A stretch of DNA of 64,000 bases from Spirochaetia bacterium (lineage in GTDB: Bacteria > Spirochaetota > Spirochaetia > DSM-2461), in assembly GCA_963666985.2 (NCBI GenBank), contig CAXXIA010000001.1:480001-544000 (forward strand), written 5' to 3'. Shown here one piece after another: positions 46,787-55,908 of the stretch. The notes below the pieces were generated by a model that worked only from the letters and a program-made list of their open reading frames with translations, was not told the DNA's origin and ran no database searches. Both the position numbers and the translations under genes were made by a program. The stretch's first letter is position 1; each line of letters starts with the position of its first letter.

Positions 46787-47920
46787 TTAAGCGATGGCCA
46801 GACCCGTATCGAGTTCCAAATCATCCGGGAGCCATTCGGCAACTTCGGAAAGAGGCCGCATAAAGACGGTTCCCGTCTGTTCGATATATTTGGCATCATG
46901 GATCTTAAAAATGATCCGGCTGTCCGCAAGTCCGACGATCTCAATCTTACCGATTGGATGACTCATGACGTACTTAAAACGCTTGGCCATTCCCGAAAGG
47001 TGACGTTTGGCCTCTTCGATGATTCCGATACCTTCGGCAATAGGTATTTGGAAACTCTTTTGAACCCGTTTTACAGGCCTGCATTGAAACACGTAATACG
47101 GCGCGATTCCCGCGGAGACAAGATCGTTCATCAAGTCGGCCATAACGTCCGGATCGTCGTTGATGCCTTTGAGCAGGACCGTTTGGCAGCTTACCGCCAC
47201 TCCCGCTAAGCTCAACCGGCGCACAGCTTCAATCGTTTCCGAAACAATTTCTTTGGGATGATTAATATGAGTCACAACATAAATTCGCGGCTTTGAGGGA
47301 TCGCTGTTATGGCGTGCAAAAATATCCAGGAGTTTTTTATCATCCAGTATGCGTTTGGGAAGAGATGTCGGTGTTTTCGTTCCGAATCGGATAAAGCGGA
47401 TATGCTGAATTTTTGAGATTTTCCGTAGAAAAGATTCGATGATATCCGTGGAAAGCATCAATGAATCACCGCCGGTGATAAGAATATTGTTGATCTCCCG
47501 ATGCGCGGCGATATAATCCAGCGCGTCGTCGAAATTGCACAAAACCTCGGCGTTGGTGAGTCCTACCATCCTCTTTCGGAAGCAGTATCGGCAATAAATG
47601 GCACAAATATTCGTCGATAAGAGCAGCACCGTCGGTTCATATTTATGCTGAAGTCCCTTGGCTTTTGTGTTCTCGGCCTCACCGCTGGTATCGTAATCAC
47701 CCGAAAGATCGAGTTCCTCAATGTTCGGCAAGTACATTCTTCGGATCGGATCGTTCGGGTCGTCGGAATCCATCAGATCCATGACATGCCGAGTTACACG
47801 GATCGGATGAATCTTGGCAATCTCATTCAGCTGCAGCTTTTCTTTCTCCGTGAGATTGACGTATTCGCTCATTTCCTCGACTGTTGTAACCGTGTGGCAT
47901 AGGATATTTTTCCAGGACAT
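46787..47920 (-). CDS. Second KamA-family radical SAM protein (divergent subfamily)
   Basis: GLQHKY, CAIYCRYCFRKR, TGGD, HINHPKE, QTVLLKGIND, PYYVFQCRP and MSHPIGKIEI. Confidence 0.92.
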   Translation of the reverse strand: MSWKNILCHTVTTVEEMSEYVNLTEKEKLQLNEIAKIHPIRVTRHVMDLMDSDDPNDPIRRMYLPNIEELDLSGDYDTSGEAENTKAKGLQHKYEPTVLLLSTNICAIYCRYCFRKRMVGLTNAEVLCNFDDALDYIAAHREINNILITGGDSLMLSTDIIESFLRKISKIQHIRFIRFGTKTPTSLPKRILDDKKLLDIFARHNSDPSKPRIYVVTHINHPKEIVSETIEAVRRLSLAGVAVSCQTVLLKGINDDPDVMADLMNDLVSAGIAPYYVFQCRPVKRVQKSFQIPIAEGIGIIEEAKRHLSGMAKRFKYVMSHPIGKIEIVGLADSRIIFKIHDAKYIEQTGTVFMRPLSEVAEWLPDDLELDTGLAIA

Positions 47921-47944
47921 GAGGAACCTTCATTTCTATATAAT

Positions 47945-47973
47945 GTAAGTACTTACCGCTTTTATGGTAAGTA
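47945..47973. promoter_or_regulatory. Overlapping palindromic operator-like sites
   Basis: GTAAGTACTTAC (47945-56) and TACTTACC-N8-GGTAAGTA (47950-73). Confidence 0.5.
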
Positions 47974-48258
47974 AATGAGTAATCCGTAGATTCTTTTTAA
48001 AAAGTTCAATGGAAATGTAAAATGCGCATATTAACATACACTATCTTTTTCTCGGATGCAACGAAATCTTATCTTTCTTCTTTGATTAAATGAACAAAGA
48101 AATCTTCTTGGAGCGAATTTGATGATTTTTCGCGCCGCTGAAAGATGTAATCAACGAATCTTCAATACGTCCGAAAACGGCGTTTCCGGGAGTGTGTATA
48201 AATTTAGAATGGATCTCATTTTCTCCGGTATAATGAATAAAAGAAGTAAAGGACGATT

Positions 48259-48912
48259 ATGAAAACCATTCTCTGTTACGGTGATTCGAATACGTGGGGG
48301 TATAATCCCGTTTCCGGCGCCAGGCATCCGTATCACCTTCGATGGACAACGGTCCTGCAGAAGGAACTTGGAAATGATTATCTTGTTATACCTGAAGGAC
48401 TCAATGGACGCACCACGGTCTGGGACGATCCCATTGAACTCCATAAAAGCGGATCGAAATACTTGCCGCCCTGCCTGGAAAGTCATAAACCTTTGGATTT
48501 GGTGGTCATCATGCTGGGAACAAATGATTTAAAGGTGCGCTTTTCCCTGCCTGCCGCGGATATTGCCGCGGGTGCGGGCCGACTTGTCGATATCGTCAAG
48601 AAAAGTGAATGCGGTCATGACGGATCGGCCCCGCATGTCCTTCTCTTGGTTCCTCCCGAAATCCGCCGTCTCTCCGGTTTTGCCGAAATGTTCGCGGGAT
48701 CGCGCAAAAAATCCCTGGACTTTCCTTCATCGTATGCCGCCGTTGCGGCGGAAAAGGGTGTTCCGTATCTGGTTATCGGTGAAACCGTCCGATTTGGAGA
48801 TACGGACGGTATTCATTTTGAAGCCGATCAGCTTTTTGTTCTGGGGAAGCTTGTGGCGGATGAAGTTCGCCGGATTTGTGATGTCCGCTTGAACGATGAT
48901 TTTCCGGCTTGA
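48259..48912 (+). CDS. SGNH/GDSL hydrolase
   Basis: GDSNTWG, EGLNGRTT, MLGTND and DGIHF. Confidence 0.93.
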   Translation: MKTILCYGDSNTWGYNPVSGARHPYHLRWTTVLQKELGNDYLVIPEGLNGRTTVWDDPIELHKSGSKYLPPCLESHKPLDLVVIMLGTNDLKVRFSLPAADIAAGAGRLVDIVKKSECGHDGSAPHVLLLVPPEIRRLSGFAEMFAGSRKKSLDFPSSYAAVAAEKGVPYLVIGETVRFGDTDGIHFEADQLFVLGKLVADEVRRICDVRLNDDFPA

Positions 48913-49210
48913 GAACAATAATACAATTCTTATCATTCTGATCTTGCTTATTTGCCTCATTTTTTTGTACAGTTTCATTACGCGGTGACTTATTATCATG
49001 CGTCTTGCCATTGCCCCGGCGGGAATCTGAAGGCTTCCAAGTTTTTTGAGTATCCAATACGCCGGGTAATGATTCTCCCGGGCCCGATTTCCTTCAAGAA
49101 TGAATGAAGAGTCGGGCATGGGTTAAAAAAGTGAGAATCGGGAATCCGGAGGCGGCCGTTGGGGGCTGCCACCGTGAAGCCTGTTTTTTCATAACCTCCT
49201 TTTCACGCGT

Positions 49211-49248
49211 GGGCGCTCCGGATCGTTGGTCCGGAGCGCTCCTTTTTT
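49211..49248 (+). terminator. Rho-independent terminator
   Basis: GGGCGCTCCGGATC-GTT-GGTCCGGAGCGCTCC-TTTTTT. Confidence 0.85.
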
Positions 49249-49273
49249 AAAAGCACTTTTACCGAACATTCTG

Positions 49274-49321
49274 TTGACAACTGATTTGTTACTGATAATA
49301 TGAATGCGTTAACGTGCACGC
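49274..49321 (+). promoter_or_regulatory. ara operon promoter and LacI-type operator
   Basis: TTGACA-N16-TAATAT with TGn extension, followed by the CG-centred pseudo-palindrome GCGTTAACGTGCACGC (49306-21). Confidence 0.7.
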
Positions 49322-49372
49322 GGCTAAAAGCCGTTAAGGCGTCATGATCAAATCTTTCGGAGGAATCGGGGT

Positions 49373-50962
49373 ATGGATGCGGTGAAGATTATCGAAAACG
49401 GACAAGCCATCATGGGGATGGAGCTTGGTTCCACGAGAATAAAAGCCGTCTTAATCGGACCGGACAACAGTCCCTTGGCATCCGGAGGACACGGATGGGA
49501 AAATTCCCGAATTGATGAAATCTGGACCTATCCGCTGGAAGAAGTTCTCTCCGGTATCGCCGCCGCCTACGCGGATTTGAAGAATGATGTTCAAAAAAAG
49601 TATGGAATCAATCTGAGATCCTTCGCGGCCGGTGGATTCAGCGCCATGATGCACGGATATCTTCCTTTTAACGCATCGAATGAACTTATCGCTCCTTTTA
49701 GAACCTGGCGAAACAATATAACCGGACAAGCCGCGAAGGAATTGACCGATTTACTTCATTATCCGGTCCCGCAGCGATGGAGCATTGCACATCTTCATCA
49801 AGCCGTTCTCAACGGAGAAGATCATGTCGGCGAGATTGCGTATCTGACAACTCTCGCCGGTTATGTCCATTGGAAATTGACCGGGAAAAAGGCATTAGGC
49901 GCCGGAGATGCCTCCGGAATGTTCCCCATCGACAGTGATACGCTTGTTTTCGATCCGAAACGCCTTGAGAAATATGATGCCCACATCGCCGATAAAGGAT
50001 TCGGATGGAAACTCGGTGATCTTCTTCCCGAAATCGTACCCGTTGGAGAGGAAGCGGGAAGGCTGACCGAAGAAGGCGCGCGTCTTTTGGATCCTTCCGG
50101 AGATCTTGTGGCGGGAATCCCCATTTGTCCTCCCGAAGGTGATGCCGGAACGGGAATGGTGGCCACGAACAGCGTTCGTGTTCGAACCGGAAACGTTTCG
50201 GCCGGAACCTCCGTTTTTGCCATGCTCGTCATGGAAAAAGAACCCTCGAAGGTTCATGATGAAATCGATCTGGTAACCACGCCCGACGGGAAACTTGTCG
50301 GGATGGCGCATTCCAACAACTGCACTTCGGATTATGATGCCTGGATCAATCTGTTCGGTCGGGCCGCTCGGGCTATGGGGGCCGAGTTTACCACTCCCGA
50401 ACTCTATGACACACTTCTGGAACTTGCTTTGAAGGGAGATCGGGACTGCGGAGGTCTTCTGGCCTACGGGTATGTATCCGGCGAACACCTCACCGGATTC
50501 GGCGAGGGACGTCCGCTTTTCGTCCGGCATCCGGAGAGTCCGCTGACTTTGGAAAACTTCATCAGGACGCATCTTTTCACATCATTATGCGCATTACGCA
50601 CCGGACTGAACGTTCTCATGGAAGAAGAAGGCGTTAAGGTTGATGAAATCCGGGGGCACGGAGGCTTCTTTAAAACCGCCCGCGTCGGTCAACGAATTAT
50701 GGCGGCGGCAACAGGAACGCCGGTGAGCCTTTTGGAAACCGCGGGTGAAGGCGGTGCCTGGGGCATGGCGCTTCTGGCATCGTATATGCTTCGTGAGAAA
50801 CGGGAGCTGAGTCTTCCCGATTTTCTGGACGATGCGCTTTCCGGCGGGGTGGGAGAAGCCATGAAGCCCGATCCTGATGATGTCGCCGGTTTTGAGGCCT
50901 TTTTCAAGCGCTACCATAAGGGGCTGCCCATCGAATCGGCGGCCGTGGAATCGCTCAGCTAA
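49373..50962 (+). CDS. araB: FGGY-family sugar kinase, probable L-ribulokinase
   Basis: GMELGSTRIKAVL, SAMMHGY, FRTWRN, PPEGDAGTGMVATN and GEGGAWG; operonic with araD and araA. Confidence 0.85.
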   Translation: MDAVKIIENGQAIMGMELGSTRIKAVLIGPDNSPLASGGHGWENSRIDEIWTYPLEEVLSGIAAAYADLKNDVQKKYGINLRSFAAGGFSAMMHGYLPFNASNELIAPFRTWRNNITGQAAKELTDLLHYPVPQRWSIAHLHQAVLNGEDHVGEIAYLTTLAGYVHWKLTGKKALGAGDASGMFPIDSDTLVFDPKRLEKYDAHIADKGFGWKLGDLLPEIVPVGEEAGRLTEEGARLLDPSGDLVAGIPICPPEGDAGTGMVATNSVRVRTGNVSAGTSVFAMLVMEKEPSKVHDEIDLVTTPDGKLVGMAHSNNCTSDYDAWINLFGRAARAMGAEFTTPELYDTLLELALKGDRDCGGLLAYGYVSGEHLTGFGEGRPLFVRHPESPLTLENFIRTHLFTSLCALRTGLNVLMEEEGVKVDEIRGHGGFFKTARVGQRIMAAATGTPVSLLETAGEGGAWGMALLASYMLREKRELSLPDFLDDALSGGVGEAMKPDPDDVAGFEAFFKRYHKGLPIESAAVESLS

Positions 50963-50987
50963 GCGCGGACCGGGCGGAAAGAGGCAT

Positions 50988-52241
50988 ATGGCGACCCTGA
51001 AGGACATTGCGGATCGGGCCGGTGTCTCCATAGGCACCGTGGATCGGATTATTCACGACCGGGGACGGTATTCCAAAGAAACCGCCGAGAAGGTTCGGCG
51101 GATTTTGGAAGAAACCGACTACAGGCCCAATGTCATGGCCCGGCATCTTTCCAAATCCGGTACATGCAGGCTCGCCGCTCTGATTCCCGAATCCGGCCAA
51201 GACAGCGGGTACTGGGCCGTACCTCTCAACGGCATGCGTTTGGCCGAAAAGGAACTCGAACCTTTCGGATTGAGCCTTGAAGTGATTTTTTTTGACCGGT
51301 TTCGAAAGAACGGCCTTATCGACGCGGGAGGCACTCTGATCGGCCGGAATGATATCGACGGGCTTCTGATGGCTCCCATGAGACCGGATGAGGCGGAAGA
51401 TCTGCTGGAAAGGCTTCATTCGAAAATCCCGGTTGTGTGCTTTGATACCGATCTTCCGGGAACGAAGCGTATGAGCTATATCGGCCAGGATTCCTATAAA
51501 AGCGGACATCTGGGAGCGCGGCTCACGATGATGAGCGCCCGCAGCGCCCGCAGCGAAAACGGCGCAAACAGCATTCACAGCATCCGCAGCGCCCGCAGCG
51601 AAAACGGCGCAAACAGCATCCACAGCGCCTGCAGTGCCCGCAGCGAAAACGGCACAAACAGCATCCATAGCGCGATCGGCGATCCCCGCGGGCCGAGCGG
51701 GAAACAAGAAAGAAGCGGGAAAAGCGTAAAACCTGACGAACCTACAACCGTCCCAACCCCCCCGGCGAAATATCTGGTTGTCGCACCGATGGACGACAAC
51801 GTGCATCTTGAAAAGCGGCGGCGCGGATTCATCGATGGCGTAAACAATATCGGCGGCAGCTCTGAAGTGCTGCGGATTACCGTGGAGTCGGACGGCGATA
51901 CCGCCAATTTTTACAAACTCCTGGATGAACATATTACATCGGAAACGGCCGGTATTTTCGTTGTGAACGCCTCAACACACTTTATCGCCGAGTATCTGAA
52001 TGAGCGAAATCTGTGCATCGCGCTAGTCGGTTACGACCTGGTTCCTGAAAACAAGAAATGGCTGGAGAAGGGCTTAATCGATTTTCTACTCACCCAGAGA
52101 CCGGTACAGCAGGGGTATCGGGCCGTTCGCTACCTTTTTCGGAAAATCGTGATGGGCGAGGATTGCCCGGACCATGAATACACGCCCATCGACATCGTGG
52201 CGCGTGAAAACCTGGAATACCTGGACGAGGAGAATCAATGA
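50988..52241 (+). CDS. LacI-family regulator with repeat-containing insertion
   Basis: MATLKDIADRAGVSIGTVDRIIH..YRPN HTH; YIGQD, VGYDL and QRPVQQGY. ATG 50988 follows GAGG. Confidence 0.92.
   Translation: MATLKDIADRAGVSIGTVDRIIHDRGRYSKETAEKVRRILEETDYRPNVMARHLSKSGTCRLAALIPESGQDSGYWAVPLNGMRLAEKELEPFGLSLEVIFFDRFRKNGLIDAGGTLIGRNDIDGLLMAPMRPDEAEDLLERLHSKIPVVCFDTDLPGTKRMSYIGQDSYKSGHLGARLTMMSARSARSENGANSIHSIRSARSENGANSIHSACSARSENGTNSIHSAIGDPRGPSGKQERSGKSVKPDEPTTVPTPPAKYLVVAPMDDNVHLEKRRRGFIDGVNNIGGSSEVLRITVESDGDTANFYKLLDEHITSETAGIFVVNASTHFIAEYLNERNLCIALVGYDLVPENKKWLEKGLIDFLLTQRPVQQGYRAVRYLFRKIVMGEDCPDHEYTPIDIVARENLEYLDEENQ
51534..51668 (+). repeat. 3 x 45-bp in-frame tandem repeat built of 9-bp subunits
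   Basis: AGCGCCCGC AGCGCCCGC AGCGAAAAC GGCGCAAAC AGCATTCAC and two near copies (SARSARSENGANSIH). Confidence 0.95.
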
Positions 52242-52948
52242 ACGATAAGTACAAAGACATCAAAGAAGAATGCTATGAGGCCAACATGGAGATTCCCCGC
52301 AGGAATCTGGCCATTTACACATTCGGCAACGTCAGTGTTCTCGACCGCTCGGCCGGCATCTTCGCCATCAAGCCAAGCGGCGTATCCTACGACGAGCTGA
52401 AGCCGACCAATATCGTTCTTTGCGACATGAACGGCAATCGCATCGAAGGAACGCTGAATCCCAGCTCCGACACCAAAACCCATGCGGTCCTCTACACCGC
52501 ATTCGACGGCATCGGCGGCGTGGTTCACACTCATTCCACCTTTGCGGTCGGCTGGGCCCAATCCCTGCAGCCCCTTGTTATCTACGGAACCACCCATGCC
52601 GATCACAGTGCCCAGGACATTCCCTGCACGCCCCCCATGTCGGATGAAATGATCAAAGGCGATTACGAAATCGAGACCGGCAACCAAATCGTTCAGCATT
52701 TTGCCCGTTTGAACCTGAATCCGAATGAAAATCAGATGGTTCTTGTGGGCAGTCACGGACCCTTTACCTGGGGCAAAACGGCGGCCAAGGCCGTTTATAA
52801 CGCCGTGGTTCTGGAGGAAATTGCCAAAATGGCCGTGATAACCCGGACGGTGAATCCCGAAGTCCCGCGCCTGAAAGAGGCGCTCCGCCGCAAGCATTAC
52901 GAGAGGAAGCATGGGCCCAATGCGTATTACGGGCAGGGAAAAGAATAA
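52238..52948 (+). CDS. araD: L-ribulose-5-phosphate 4-epimerase
   Basis: TFGNVS, IKPSGVSY, PSSDTKTH, VHTHS, GTTHAD, HGPFTWG and RKHGPNAYYGQ. Confidence 0.97.
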   Translation: MNDKYKDIKEECYEANMEIPRRNLAIYTFGNVSVLDRSAGIFAIKPSGVSYDELKPTNIVLCDMNGNRIEGTLNPSSDTKTHAVLYTAFDGIGGVVHTHSTFAVGWAQSLQPLVIYGTTHADHSAQDIPCTPPMSDEMIKGDYEIETGNQIVQHFARLNLNPNENQMVLVGSHGPFTWGKTAAKAVYNAVVLEEIAKMAVITRTVNPEVPRLKEALRRKHYERKHGPNAYYGQGKE

Positions 52949-52950
52949 GA

Positions 52951-52987
52951 TTTTTTGGGTGATCCCCGAAGCCGCGCGGCCGATGCC
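52951..52987 (+). repeat. Short dispersed intergenic repeat, copy 2
   Basis: T6-GGGTGATCCCCGAAGCCG...ATGCC, matching 20596-20635. Confidence 0.7.
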
Positions 52988-53007
52988 GCCAAGGGAAGGA
53001 GTAAAAA

Positions 53008-54516
53008 ATGGATAAAAGCGTTTTTAATCGGTATGAAGTCTGGTTCGTCACCGGATCGCAGAATCTCTACGGCGAGGAAACCCTGAAGCAGGTTGCCGCG
53101 GACGCGAAGAAAATCGTCGAAGGCCTGAACGCCTCGGGCGCTCTCGCCGTGAAATTGGTCTGGAAAGAAACCTTGAAATCCACCGAAGAAGTCTGCAGGC
53201 TCATGCGGGATGCGAACGCCGATGATGCCTGTATCGGGCTTGTTACCTGGATGCACACCTTCAGCCCGGCCAAAATGTGGATAACCGGTTTATCCGAACT
53301 CAATAAGCCTTTCTGCCAGTTCCACACCCAATTCAACCGCGACATCCCCTGGGCCACCATCGATATGGACTTCATGAATTTGAACCAAACCGCCCACGGC
53401 GGCCGGGAGTTCGGATTCATCGGAAGCCGGCTGCGCCTGGAGAGGAAAGTCGTCGTTGGTCATTGGGAAGATCCCGAAGCGCGCCGGCGCATCGATGTCT
53501 GGATGCGGGCCGCGGCCGCTTTCGCCGACGGGAAGTCCCTGAAGCTGGCTCGCTTCGGCGACAACATGCGGGAAGTGGCCGTTACCGAAGGCGACAAAGT
53601 GGAGGCCCAGAAAGTGTTCGGGTATGCGGTCCACGGCTACGCCTTGGGGGATCTTGTCCAATACACCGACGCGGTAAACGATGCCGATATCGACGTATTG
53701 GTGGCCGAATATAAGGACCTTTACGTGTGGGGCAAGGGGCTGGATTCGGGCGTCGGACTTCAGAGAGTCCGGACCGGTGCCCGCCTGGAAATCGGTTTCC
53801 GCCGATTTTTGGAAAGCGTCGGCGCCAAAGCCTTCACAACGACTTTTGAGAATCTCTATGGGCTGGAACAGCTTCCCGGTTTAGCCTGCCAGAGGCTGAT
53901 GGCCGACGGCTACGGCTTCGGCGCCGAGGGAGACTGGAAAACATCCGCACTGCTTCGGGCCATGAAAGTGATGGCCGCGGGACTCCCCGGAGGAACATCC
54001 TTCATCGAGGATTACACCTACCATTTCGATCCGGCACGTCCCTTAGCCCTCGGTTCCCATATGCTGGAAGTCTGTCCGAGCATCGCCGAAGGACCGGTAC
54101 GGCTTGAAGCTCAGCCCTTGGGTATCGGCGGCAAGGACGATCCGGCGCGTCTGATCTTCGATTCACCGGCCGGCCCCGCTTTTAATCTGGCCGTGATGGA
54201 CATGGGCAACCGCTTCCGCTTTGTGTTGAATGAAGTGGAGGCCGTGAAGCCTCCGGCGGATCTGCCGAAACTTCCCGTGGCGCGCGTTGTTTGGGAAGCC
54301 AAACCGAGTTTGGCCGTCGCGGCGGCCGCCTGGATCTATGCCGGCGGAACGCATCATTCGGGCTATTCGCAAGCCCTGACACGCGAGCACATCGTCGATT
54401 ATGCGTCCATGGCCGGTGTTGAACTCTTAAGCATCGGAGAGAACACCACCGTCGAAGGCATCAGAAACGAGATTCGCTGGAACGAAATGTATTATTGGCT
54501 GGCCAAAGGCCTGTAG
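53008..54516 (+). CDS. araA: L-arabinose isomerase
   Basis: WFVTGSQNLYG, WMHTFSPAKMW, MNLNQTAHG, GFGAEGDWK, EDYTY, HMLE and GGTHH. Confidence 0.97.
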   Translation: MDKSVFNRYEVWFVTGSQNLYGEETLKQVAADAKKIVEGLNASGALAVKLVWKETLKSTEEVCRLMRDANADDACIGLVTWMHTFSPAKMWITGLSELNKPFCQFHTQFNRDIPWATIDMDFMNLNQTAHGGREFGFIGSRLRLERKVVVGHWEDPEARRRIDVWMRAAAAFADGKSLKLARFGDNMREVAVTEGDKVEAQKVFGYAVHGYALGDLVQYTDAVNDADIDVLVAEYKDLYVWGKGLDSGVGLQRVRTGARLEIGFRRFLESVGAKAFTTTFENLYGLEQLPGLACQRLMADGYGFGAEGDWKTSALLRAMKVMAAGLPGGTSFIEDYTYHFDPARPLALGSHMLEVCPSIAEGPVRLEAQPLGIGGKDDPARLIFDSPAGPAFNLAVMDMGNRFRFVLNEVEAVKPPADLPKLPVARVVWEAKPSLAVAAAAWIYAGGTHHSGYSQALTREHIVDYASMAGVELLSIGENTTVEGIRNEIRWNEMYYWLAKGL

Positions 54517-55908
54517 ATGAACCTTGAACGATTACTGGAACTTGCCGTAACCACCCGACTTATCAGGAGCGGAGCGGATTTACTGCGGCGAGTTCCTGAA
54601 ATCCTTGATGAGGCTCTGGAAAGAGCCGGGAACGTCGCCGACTCTTCCGGTCTTGACGCCGCTGCGGACGGGCGAAAAGAACTCGGGCCGATACTCATCG
54701 CCGATGAGAACACATGGGAAGCCGCCGGCCGGGAAGTTGAAGCGGCCTTTAACAGCGCAGGCCGGCCCGTATCCTTTGTGAAGCTCTTTCCGGGATCGCC
54801 CCCGCTTAAGGCCGAATACAGACACGTCACGGCTCTTGTGGAGGAACTGCACAGCCGCGATGGTTTTGTTATAGCCGTGGGAAGCGGAACCGTAAACGAT
54901 TTGGTGAAACTCTCCTGCGGCGAAATGAAGCGGCCCTACGGTGTTGTGGGCACCGCGGCATCCATGGACGGATATTCCTCTCAAGGTGCGGCCGTTCTCA
55001 AGGAGGGACTGAAGCAGACCCTGAAATGCCCGGCTCCGGTGTTTATCGTTGCCGATACTCAGGTTCTTGCGGAAGCGCCGCCGGGAATGTCCGCCTCGGG
55101 CTATGCCGATTTGGCCGCGAAGATTCCGGCCGGACTGGACTGGATTCTGGCGGATCGTCTCGGCGCCGACCCGATCGATCCTGTCGCCTGGGCCATGGTA
55201 CATGAAGGTTTGGAAGATCGTTTGGCCCCGGCCGCGGGAGTCGGACGGGGAGACGGTGAGGCGTTGAATTTCTTGTTCGAGGGACTGACCGCAACCGGAT
55301 GCTCCATGCAGTACTATGGAGAATCCAGGCCCGTGGCCGGAGGTGAGCATCAGTTTTCCCATGTTCTGGAGATGGAAGGCTGGCAATATAAAGGTCGTTC
55401 TCCCTCGCACGGTTTCAAAGTGGGTGTGGGATCTTTGGCCTCGCTGAGAGTATTCCGTGAGCTTCTTGCTTTTCTCGAATCGGGTGAAAGGCTTGGACCG
55501 CAAAAAATTGAGGAACTTGTTGCCGCCTATCCTTCGCTTGAGTCCGAATTGTCCGAAGCGATGAGTCTTTTCGGAGATTCTCCTGCTTTGGAATCCGTTA
55601 AGGCGGTTCTGGCGGAAAAAAGGCCGTCTCCGGACGTGCTTCGGACGAGATTATCTGTACTTGAAAGGAATAGGGAAGGCATTATCACTGATTTAAAGGC
55701 CCGAATGCCCGATTATGAAACTTTTCGCGGGCGGCTGGCCGCGGCAGGTGCGCCTTCGTCGGCCGCCGATATCGGTTTGGACGGAGCAAAAGTGGTACGA
55801 ACCCTGAAATCCGCCCGAATGATCAGAAACCGCTACGGCGGGCTGGATTTGGCGTACGAGCTGGGTCTGTTCGATTCGATTACGGAGAAAGTCGGCCGGG
55901 AGATTTGA
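54517..55908 (+). CDS. araM: sn-glycerol-1-phosphate dehydrogenase (AraM/EgsA-like)
   Basis: AVGSGTVNDLVK, TAASMDGYSS, SGYADLAAK, SRPVAGGEHQFSH, HGFKVG and IRNRY. Confidence 0.85.
   Translation: MNLERLLELAVTTRLIRSGADLLRRVPEILDEALERAGNVADSSGLDAAADGRKELGPILIADENTWEAAGREVEAAFNSAGRPVSFVKLFPGSPPLKAEYRHVTALVEELHSRDGFVIAVGSGTVNDLVKLSCGEMKRPYGVVGTAASMDGYSSQGAAVLKEGLKQTLKCPAPVFIVADTQVLAEAPPGMSASGYADLAAKIPAGLDWILADRLGADPIDPVAWAMVHEGLEDRLAPAAGVGRGDGEALNFLFEGLTATGCSMQYYGESRPVAGGEHQFSHVLEMEGWQYKGRSPSHGFKVGVGSLASLRVFRELLAFLESGERLGPQKIEELVAAYPSLESELSEAMSLFGDSPALESVKAVLAEKRPSPDVLRTRLSVLERNREGIITDLKARMPDYETFRGRLAAAGAPSSAADIGLDGAKVVRTLKSARMIRNRYGGLDLAYELGLFDSITEKVGREI

Noticed and set aside
49135..49182. GGGAATCCGG...GCCACCGTGA resembles a cobalamin riboswitch core
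   Set aside because: The intervening stem-loops and downstream B12-box elements are not recognisable, and the downstream genes have their own promoter and are not B12-related.
51534..51668. 45-bp repeats considered as a CRISPR array
   Set aside because: The repeats are contiguous with no unique spacers, lie in frame within a CDS, and no cas genes are present.
50955..55503. Long antisense ORFs (for example 50955-51932, 52235-52912, 54580-55503) and similar ones elsewhere (7535-8254, 19705-20451, 38611-39444, 41074-41913)
   Set aside because: They are shadows of well-supported genes in GC-rich DNA and show no motifs of their own.
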